Shown: positions 1 to 6,920 of the stretch, piece after piece
Position numbering within the stretch: position 1 is the stretch's first letter
Layout of the letters: each line of letters begins with the position of its first letter
DNA from: an uncultured Pseudomonadota bacterium
GTDB lineage: Bacteria > SAR324 > NAC60-12
Assembly (NCBI GenBank): GCA_913020725.1
Contig: CAJWCD010000077.1
Coordinates: 1-17,650 of the forward strand
Length of the DNA stretch: 17,650 nucleotides
Reading direction: 5' to 3'
Program-made: the position numbers and the translations under genes
The notes under the pieces: generated by a model
The model's input: the letters and a program-made list of their open reading frames with translations, nothing else
Told to the model about the DNA's origin: nothing
Database searches by the model: none

Positions 1-389
1 AGGCAAACGAAATGTATGATTATGCCCATAAAAAAGGAATTGCTATTATTAATGCAGCACCCTTTGCATCGGGAATTCTTGCAAAAGGTTCAAAAAACGG
101 GGGTAAAATTACCTATCAAGACTCAACAAAAGAAACGCTTGCACCAGTTATAAAAATAGAAAAAATTTGTGAAAAATTTGGAATTGAAATGGGCGCTGCT
201 GCATTACAATTTTCACTTCGTGACTCAAGAATTTCTACAACATTATGTGGCGTTTCAAGTCCGGAAAGTATTCAAAAAAACTTAGTCTGGGCACAAACAC
301 AAATTCCTTCCGAGTTTTGGGATGAAGTTCTTGCCTTACCTTTTTCTACAGACGACCCAGAAGCTAATCGAGTATACACACCTGGCTAA
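1..389 (+). CDS. Aldo/keto reductase, C-terminal part (D-threo-aldose 1-dehydrogenase-like); runs off the 5' edge
   Basis: Frame is open from the window start. AKR C-terminal motifs IINAAPFASGILAKG, AAALQFSLRD and TTLCGVSSPESIQKN are present. Confidence 0.85.
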   Translation, partial: ANEMYDYAHKKGIAIINAAPFASGILAKGSKNGGKITYQDSTKETLAPVIKIEKICEKFGIEMGAAALQFSLRDSRISTTLCGVSSPESIQKNLVWAQTQIPSEFWDEVLALPFSTDDPEANRVYTPG

Positions 390-423
390 AATTTTTATTA
401 CTAACTAATCAAGGATTTTGACA

Positions 424-2079
424 ATGGAACAACAAATTCCTAAATGGAAATATGAGAGAAGTTTTAACTTCAATGAAGGTGTATCTTCAATGGAAGGAAC
501 AAGATATGACTTAAGAGATAATGAAGAAAAAAATCATGTACTATTAAATGACCTTCAAATAAATCATTTTTTAGCTAATGGATACCTTCAATTAGATACA
601 CAACTTCCTTTGGATTATCATGAGTCTCTTTTCAAAAAATTTAAAAATATTATAGGCAAAGATAATGATTTTAATCCTGGAAATAACCTTCTACCAGTAG
701 TTCCTGAACTTAATTTAGTTTTTGATGATCCCATAATTAAAGGTGCTCTTGTTAGTGTCCTGGGAGAAAACTACATGATGCATCCACACAGGGTGTTACA
801 TGATAACCCTCCAGGAAGTGATGCACAGGTATGGCACCATGACAGTTATTGGGGTTATAAGAGAAAAGTACATAATCATCACCCTTGGTGGGTAATGATT
901 ATGTACTTTCCTCAAGATACCTACGAAAAAATTGGCCCTACAGGAATTATTCCAGGATCACAATACATAGCACAAAGACTTGCTGATAAAGACATCTCAG
1001 GAACAAATGTTGATGGTAAAACTGGAGTATGCATGATGATTCATTATGACATCTGGCATAGAAAGATGAAAAATTTTACAGAATTAAAAAGATACATGGT
1101 TAAATTCGAATTCATACGAATGCAACAACCTATAGGAATTACTTGGAATAATGATTCACAAAAATCAATTAATGAGTTCGAATTAAATTCTATAAACTAT
1201 CATCCTATCTGGAAAAGTCAGTTAGAATGGTTGTCGGGAGGTCAACTTAAATCAAAAATGTTTGATGAGAATTTAAAAAATCCAGAGGCGCAATTAATAC
1301 AAGATCTGAATTCTACTGATAGCAATATTATTGTAAACGCATTGAATGACTTATACTGCAAGAATGATTTAACAGAAAAAGCTATAAATTCAATTGAAAA
1401 GCTAGTTAAACATGATAATGAATATGTTAGCCTTTCTGCAGCTTATTCTTTAGCAGTTCAAGGTAAGGTTGGTATCAAGAAACTCGTTGATTTAATGCAT
1501 TCAAACGATGGAGAGAATATTGATGATCCAAGATGCTTTATTGATGAAGGACAAAAAAGTGAATTAGAGATGATATGTCGAAATGCAGCACATGGGTTAG
1601 TTGGTTCTAGTGTGGATTGCATAGATGAACTTGTCATTGCATATAAAAAAGGTGAGAATCGATTAAAAAAGTATGTCTGTTTTATCCTTGGAGAAATCTC
1701 TTCAAATTCTTATAAAGTTCTAGATACGCTTAGATCCGGTTGTATTCAAGAAGACCCAGCCATAAGATTGAATGCAGTAGAAGCTCTTGGATTAAAAAAA
1801 TGTAGAGAACAAGAAATTTTCGTTATAGAGCAACTACTCCAAGACGAAGATGACGAGGTTAGATTTAATGCTGCACTAGCTTTGGCGCGAAATGGTGAAA
1901 AATCAAACTCTGCTACAAATTCATTAGCAAAATCACTTTGTGATCCAAATCGATATGTATATGGATACGCCCTGGAAGCACTTGACAGAATAAATTCCAA
2001 TAAATCCAATGCTTATCTCAAAAAATATCTTAAAATAACTAGATATTGCCCATATACTACTACAGACAGTTTGTTTTAG
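424..2079 (+). CDS. Phytanoyl-CoA dioxygenase (PhyH)-family 2OG-Fe(II) oxygenase fused to C-terminal HEAT (PBS-lyase-like) repeats
   Basis: QINHFLANGYL N-terminal PhyH motif, HxD in QVWHHDSY and distal His in HYDIWHR. C-terminal repeats EDPAIRLNAVEALG, LLQDEDDEVRFNAALALA and LCDPNRYVYGYALEAL. SD AAGGA at 411-415 favours ATG 424 over TTG 418. Confidence 0.85.
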   Translation: MEQQIPKWKYERSFNFNEGVSSMEGTRYDLRDNEEKNHVLLNDLQINHFLANGYLQLDTQLPLDYHESLFKKFKNIIGKDNDFNPGNNLLPVVPELNLVFDDPIIKGALVSVLGENYMMHPHRVLHDNPPGSDAQVWHHDSYWGYKRKVHNHHPWWVMIMYFPQDTYEKIGPTGIIPGSQYIAQRLADKDISGTNVDGKTGVCMMIHYDIWHRKMKNFTELKRYMVKFEFIRMQQPIGITWNNDSQKSINEFELNSINYHPIWKSQLEWLSGGQLKSKMFDENLKNPEAQLIQDLNSTDSNIIVNALNDLYCKNDLTEKAINSIEKLVKHDNEYVSLSAAYSLAVQGKVGIKKLVDLMHSNDGENIDDPRCFIDEGQKSELEMICRNAAHGLVGSSVDCIDELVIAYKKGENRLKKYVCFILGEISSNSYKVLDTLRSGCIQEDPAIRLNAVEALGLKKCREQEIFVIEQLLQDEDDEVRFNAALALARNGEKSNSATNSLAKSLCDPNRYVYGYALEALDRINSNKSNAYLKKYLKITRYCPYTTTDSLF

Positions 2080-2434
2080 TATTTGGTAGTGGCTTATGAT
2101 TAAATGCAATGGTCTCCTTTGGTAGGTTGAGACATCACCTCCGAGCATACCATTTCATTTAATCACTGATGTTACGCATAATACAATTTTCTGAAATAAT
2201 TGATTAAAAATAAAACCAGTTTTTCATTTGATTTGACGTAACTATTCAGGTACCCCACTTTTTGAGTATAATACTGATTTTATTGGATTAATTTTGAAAA
2301 CTGAAAAAATTTGAATATTTGATTCTAAAATTTAAAAATCAATGATTTCAATGGATTACGTTTGTAAAAATTCAGGGATCACCAAGTCGTTAAAAAAATA
2401 ACATGTAATATCAATTAGTTGAGTACATGAATAG

Positions 2435-2875
2435 TTACAATTAAACCGCGTATCCGTTGGTCTTGGCGAGTTGCTGCACGAAACGACACGGCGTTTCCGG
2501 GAACGTTTTGAGGAGAGCGGTCTGGCAATCAGAGAGCAGATTCCGGAAGGCTTGCCAACCGTTTTCGCCGACCCCAACCGTCTTCAACAGGTGCTGGACA
2601 ATTTGCTGGAAAACGCCGTGTACTATGTGGAAGCACCCGGAACCGTTCAGGTGCGAGTGGAAGCGCAGCAGGACGGAGTGTTACTCTCGGTGGAGGACAC
2701 CGGTCCGGGCATTCCGGCTGCGGCTTTGCCACACCTCTTTGATCGCTTCTACCGGGTGGAGCAATTCCAGAGTCGCGAGAGCAGTGGCAGCGGCCTCCTC
2801 GACGACGCCATCGGTTCGGTTTATGGAGTCGGCTACCGCTTTCAGCTTCCAGAATCACCACAACCTCGTCCTTGA
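2435..2875 (+). pseudogene. Two-component system remnant: BaeS-like kinase HATPase_c fragment fused in frame to the C-terminal wing of an OmpR/BaeR-like regulator
   Basis: N box (ADPNRLQQVLDNLLENA), G1 (VEDTGPGIP) and F box (LFDRFYR) are present. G2 is cut after GSGL and followed directly by AIGSVYGVGYRF, an OmpR-type winged-helix C-terminus. In-frame TAG at 2432-2434 upstream; no H-box or TM region. Confidence 0.8.
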
Positions 2876-2880
2876 ACTTC

Positions 2881-2922
2881 CCACATTCTCTCCACATTTC
2901 CCCCACATTTCTTCGTTACAAT
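2881..2922 (+). promoter_or_regulatory. Putative OmpR-family activated promoter: three CCACATT direct repeats followed by a TACAAT -10 box
   Basis: CCACATT at 2881, 2892 and 2903 (11-bp period), TACAAT at 2917-2922, no TTGACA-like -35. Lies between the regulator remnant and the secreted protein gene. Confidence 0.65.
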
Positions 2923-2987
2923 AGTGGTCAAGGTGAGCAGTGACCTCAACCGCTGCATTTGATCAATCCTCAAACCAACGAGGTCTC

Positions 2988-3554
2988 ATGAACACGATGA
3001 CCAAAAAAATCACGCTGGGCTTGCTGGCCACTGGCTTTCTTGCCGGTTCGCTTGTCTGGGCTGGATCGAAAGAACACTCCCGGCGCGAGCATCGCGGGGG
3101 CAAGGAGTCGTGCAGCCGCATGGAAGAGCATCGGGGAGAACACAAGGGAGAACACCGAAGCAAGCACCGCATGAAGAAGCATGGAATGCGAATGAACGGG
3201 ATGCAAAAACTCGGAATGCATGAAATGCAGAAGTTGTTTCAGGAGGACATGCGCACCAACCACGCCGAAGTGCTTGCTGAATTGAGCGGAAAACCTGTTG
3301 GTGAAATCCGGAGTCAACTGGAGACCCGCTCGCTGCGAGCCGTGATGGAAGAGTATGGTTTGAAGCATGAGCAGGTGCAGCCGTTACTACAAGCCCGCAT
3401 GACCACAATGATCTCCAAGGCCGTGGAGTCCAAGCGCATCACGCAGGGTGAGGCTAACCGCATGCAAGCCCGCATGGGGAATGCTGGACAGGGCTGCAAA
3501 GGTGGAGAACACTCCAAGCATTCGGAACACTCCAAACATTCCGAAGACTCCTGA
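2988..3554 (+). CDS. Secreted/periplasmic His- and Met-rich helical protein (Spy-like context; resembles YckD/DUF2680-type motif)
   Basis: Signal peptide MTKKITLGLLATGFLAGSLVWA, EHRG/EHKG repeats, KAVESKRITQGEANRM motif and EHSKHS tail. SD GAGGT at 2980-2984; start is ATG 2988 or 2997. Confidence 0.7.
   Translation: MNTMTKKITLGLLATGFLAGSLVWAGSKEHSRREHRGGKESCSRMEEHRGEHKGEHRSKHRMKKHGMRMNGMQKLGMHEMQKLFQEDMRTNHAEVLAELSGKPVGEIRSQLETRSLRAVMEEYGLKHEQVQPLLQARMTTMISKAVESKRITQGEANRMQARMGNAGQGCKGGEHSKHSEHSKHSEDS
3507..3551 (+). repeat. In-frame 18-bp tandem repeat (2.5 copies) encoding EHSKHS-EHSKHS-EDS
   Basis: gaacactccaagcattcg / gaacactccaaacattcc / gaagactcc. Confidence 0.85.
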
Positions 3555-3567
3555 GCCTGATCTCAAC

Positions 3568-3609
3568 GCGAGGGCCGCGCCCGTGGCCCTCGCCCTTAGC
3601 TGTTTTGTT
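3568..3609 (+). terminator. GC-rich hairpin, probable terminator
   Basis: gcgagggcc (3568-3576) pairs with ggccctcgc (3585-3593), just after stop 3554. The T-rich tail is imperfect. Confidence 0.55.
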
Positions 3610-3636
3610 GACTCCCTCACCTGAATTGAGTAGGGT
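3608..3636 (+). promoter_or_regulatory. Possible sigma70 promoter for the decarboxylase gene
   Basis: TTGACT-N17-TAGGGT about 30 bp before ATG 3667. Confidence 0.35.
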
Positions 3637-3666
3637 TGTTCACACGACCCTGCTCAAGTCTTGACC

Positions 3667-4902
3667 ATGCCTACACCACCAAACCCTGACAGCGACTCCG
3701 CTTTTTTCGCCGATCCCGCAGGCTTGCAGCAAGCTTTGAAACTGCTTCTGTCCACACCACCTGCCAGCGCAGCAGCAGTGGACTCCCTCTCCTCCGGGTT
3801 GCCAGAATCTGGACTGGGCGAAACTGCAACGCTCGACTTGCTCGCCCCCCTCATTCTGGGTGGCGCTAGGAGGCTCAACGCTCCGGACGCTCTCGCGCAC
3901 ATGGACCCTCCCACTCCGTGGATTGCTTGGGCAACCACCCTCTGGAATGCTGCACTCAATCAAAACCTGCTGCACCCGGACATTGCTCCGGTCGCACGAG
4001 ATGTGGAGGCCCGCGTGGTGAACTGGCTCGCTCCATATTTTGGCATGGACGGCGGGCACATGACTCCGGGGTCAACGGTTGCCAACCTGACTGCAATTTG
4101 GGCCGCGCGAGAAATCCGGGGAGTCCGGCGGGTGATCGCATCCGCAAACTCGCACCTCTCCATCGCCAAAGCCGCGCACCTGCTGGGATTGGAGTACATG
4201 GCACTCCCAACCGACGAACAGGATCGTTTGACACCGGAAACCCTGCCTCCGGATTTAGCAGACGCCTGCCTCGTCCTCACTGCCGGAACGACCAGTGCCG
4301 GGGTGATTGATCCACTTGAGTTTGCCGGACGTGCCGCTTGGACGCACGTGGACGCCGCTTGGGCCGGGCCATTGCGGCTTTCGGACCAACACGCGGCTGT
4401 TTTGCAGGGCATCGAAAATGCCGACTCCATTTCTGTTTCCGCGCACAAGTGGTTTTTCCAGCCCAAGGAATCCGCACTCATTTTCTTCCGGAACACCGCC
4501 GAGGCCGACCCCGCCATCAGCTTTGGGGGCGCCTATCTGGCCGTGCCCAACATCGGCTTGCTCGGCTCGCACGGGGCGGTTGCTGTTCCGTTGCTGGCCA
4601 CCCTGCTTGCTTGGGGTCGAACCGGACTCGCGGAGCGTATCGATCGTGCAATGACGGTCGCGCAACTTCTGCACGATCGCCTTTCCGCTCATCCGAAAAT
4701 CGAGGTGTTCGGCCCTGCAACCACCGGAGTGGTCTTGTGGAAACTCGCCACTCCAGAAGCGACCACCGAGGTCTTTGAACGCTTGCCAAAGGGTTCGATC
4801 TCAATGACCCGCTTGCATGACGAGGCGTGGCTGCGCAACGTGGCGGCCAATCCGGTGGTGCAGTTTGAGGCACTTTGGAAAGCGATCTTGAGTGTGCTTT
4901 GA
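3667..4902 (+). CDS. Group II PLP-dependent amino-acid decarboxylase (Pyridoxal_deC family)
   Basis: GGHMTPGSTVANLTA, AGTTSAGVIDP, HVDAAWAG and ADSISVSAHKW (PLP lysine). Start is ATG 3667 or TTG 3661. Confidence 0.88.
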   Translation: MPTPPNPDSDSAFFADPAGLQQALKLLLSTPPASAAAVDSLSSGLPESGLGETATLDLLAPLILGGARRLNAPDALAHMDPPTPWIAWATTLWNAALNQNLLHPDIAPVARDVEARVVNWLAPYFGMDGGHMTPGSTVANLTAIWAAREIRGVRRVIASANSHLSIAKAAHLLGLEYMALPTDEQDRLTPETLPPDLADACLVLTAGTTSAGVIDPLEFAGRAAWTHVDAAWAGPLRLSDQHAAVLQGIENADSISVSAHKWFFQPKESALIFFRNTAEADPAISFGGAYLAVPNIGLLGSHGAVAVPLLATLLAWGRTGLAERIDRAMTVAQLLHDRLSAHPKIEVFGPATTGVVLWKLATPEATTEVFERLPKGSISMTRLHDEAWLRNVAANPVVQFEALWKAILSVL

Positions 4903-4911
4903 AGGAAAGGG

Positions 4912-5514
4912 ATGACGAAGGAAGATAAGCGCTCCGGACAGTTCAAGTATCTACTTGGAAAATCGTGGCTGAAACTACAGGGCTGGGAGTTTGAGGGGGA
5001 GTTGCCTCCTCAAGGCAAGTTCATCCTGATCTGCGCCCCGCATACCAGCAACTGGGATTTCGTCTACCTGCTGGCTGTCATGTTCATGCTGCGCATTCGA
5101 GTGTCTTGGCTCGCGAAGCACACCATGTTCAAGCAACCCTTTGGCAGGTTCCTGCGTTGGTTAGGAGGCATTTCCGTGGATCGACGCAGTTCTCATGGTG
5201 TGGTGAATCAGATTGCCGAGCTTTTTTCCAAGCATGAGCATTTGATCATTGCCCTGGCTCCAGAAAACACACGCCGCAAAACCGATCGCTGGAAATCAGG
5301 CTTTTACCACATTGCCTGCAAAGCACAGGTTCCACTCCTGCTGGGCTATGCCGATTATGCCAAGAAACGGGCGGGGACTGGGCTTTCGTTTCTGCCTTCC
5401 GGAGATGCCAAAAAAGACATGGACACCATCCGCGCTTTCTATCAGGACTTTCGCGGGGCCAATCCGGAGCAGGCCTCCACCATTGTCCTCAAGGAAGAGC
5501 AGTACGGGCGTTGA
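4912..5514 (+). CDS. Lysophospholipid acyltransferase family protein (PlsC-like)
   Basis: APHTSNWD HxxxxD motif, LGGISVDR, LAPENTR and WKSGFYHIA. Confidence 0.88.
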   Translation: MTKEDKRSGQFKYLLGKSWLKLQGWEFEGELPPQGKFILICAPHTSNWDFVYLLAVMFMLRIRVSWLAKHTMFKQPFGRFLRWLGGISVDRRSSHGVVNQIAELFSKHEHLIIALAPENTRRKTDRWKSGFYHIACKAQVPLLLGYADYAKKRAGTGLSFLPSGDAKKDMDTIRAFYQDFRGANPEQASTIVLKEEQYGR

Positions 5515-5654
5515 GCCGCACCCCGGTTGGTTTCAACTTCGCTCCGCCAACGTGTTCTTGCCCGGATGCAACTCACAAGTGCAACTCCCGTCTGGAGAAG
5601 AGAGGCAAGCTGGCCAACAACATAACTTTTCAAACCAGCAAAGTGGGAACATCT

Positions 5655-6520
5655 CTAACTGAGGATTTCCAATTGGGGAGCTAGGGCGCGGTGTGCCGGA
5701 AAGACTTCGGCAAGTTGGGGTTCCGTGAGGTGCAGGTGTTCATGCAGTACGCCTTTGAGCACGGCGACGACGTCCAGTGTCGGGCGTAAGTCTCGGCCTT
5801 CGTAAAGATCGTGGTCGGCGAGTCCGGGCCAATCGGCGATGACCCGCCCCCCTCGAATTCCGCCTCCGAAGAGGAAGGCGGCGGAGGCTGTGCCGTGGTC
5901 GGTGCCGCCGGAGCCGTTGGGCCGCACGGTTCGCCCAAACTCGGTCACGCAGGCGACCACGGTGTCCTGCCATGTGGAGCCAAGTTCCGTGCGCAAGGTC
6001 GCTACTCCCCGCGACAGTTCCGAAAAGACACGGGCGAACCGTCCGGATTCGCGCCCCTGCCGGGAATGCGTGTCCCAGCCGCCGAGGTCAAGGGCTGCGA
6101 TCTCCGGGCCTTCCGGAACCCGCAACAGCTTGGCCATGCCCTTGAGGGTTTGCTGGATGGTGTTGCCTTTGGCAGACATCGAATTGACCTGCGCCATTTC
6201 TCGGACGCGCAACCCCTCGGCAAGGGCGGTCGCCAGCGCAGGGTCGCCTTCCAGCATTTCCAAAACCTGCGACTGGAAAGAAGGCTTGGCTGCAAACTTT
6301 GGTTCCGGTTGCCAGTTGAAGTGGCGTCCTGCGCCTTGCAGGATGAGGAGGGCTTCGCTACTCACCGAAAGCCCTTCGCCGCCTGTGGTCTGAAGGGTGC
6401 GGTTGAGCCACCCGGATTTGAGGGCGTGGGGCCGGGACGAACCTTCTTCCAGCACGACTTGCGAATCGAAGTGCGAGCGATCGCGGTAGCTCTGTCCAAC
6501 GGCGTGAAAGAGCAACGCCG
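5655..6520 (-). pseudogene. DUF1501-family protein, 5'-truncated
   Basis: HAV..YRDRSHFDSQ..LE, GWLNR, GGWDTH, TEFGRT..NGSGGTDHG and LYEGRDLRPT are present. The N-terminal Tat signal and LRGG.DGL region are absent, and the upstream sequence is unrelated. Confidence 0.8.
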
Positions 6521-6602
6521 ATCTGGAACTGCGCGGGGGATGATTCCGCCGATCTGAGTTGCGGGGAAATTCATGCTGACGGTCTGACCGCCAGATGGGG
6601 TC

Positions 6603-6742
6603 TCACCCGCCGAGGGCACTCATCACCGCCAGCTCCAGACATTCCAAGCCCTCGACTCCATGCAACCGGTCGTTGGTGAGCAGCACCGTGTTCTCCGTGA
6701 TGGCCGAGGCAGCGATGATGGCATCCGGCAACTTCAGACATG
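6603..6742 (-). pseudogene. VapC/PIN-domain toxin, C-terminal fragment
   Basis: LKLPDAIIAASAITENTVLLTNDR matches the PIN C-terminal motif. The N-terminal LDTN motif and an antitoxin gene are missing. Confidence 0.75.
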
Positions 6743-6853
6743 GGACAAACCTGACCTCGCACCACAAAACACCACTCGAATCCACTTGACCTAAGCCATT
6801 GAGTTTCTTACAGTGAGGCAAGAAAATTTGAGTGGACATCTGCTTTTCTCGCC

Positions 6854-6898
6854 CTCATAACCCCACATCGCAGGCCAAGGGTTCTGCATCCCACTCCA
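6854..6898 (+). other. Degenerate 3' half of tRNA-fMet; candidate att-site duplication
   Basis: CTCATAA-CCC anticodon loop and stem, TC-GCAGG..TCTGC T-stem, terminal CCA. Spans 45 nt, the same as tRNA positions 32-76. T-loop and acceptor strand are decayed, and there is no 5' half. Confidence 0.55.
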
Positions 6899-6920
6899 AA
6901 CACTCTTCATTCCCAGCACC

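Noticed and set aside
2881..2910. CRISPR array or simple VNTR
   Set aside because: 7-bp units with 4-bp spacers are far too short for CRISPR, and no cas genes are present; an operator fits better.
2457..2924. Alternative 155-aa ORF and antisense ORFs over the kinase remnant
   Set aside because: No motifs; the 2471 frame carries the kinase boxes.
5515..5654. Possible small gene or RNA between the acyltransferase and DUF1501
   Set aside because: No recognisable motif, strong hairpin or credible start found.
5811..6557. 248-aa plus-strand ORF
   Set aside because: Antisense shadow of the GC-rich DUF1501 frame.
6854..6898. Functional tRNA-Met gene
   Set aside because: No 5' acceptor strand or D-arm upstream and the TTC T-loop is lost; kept only as a remnant.
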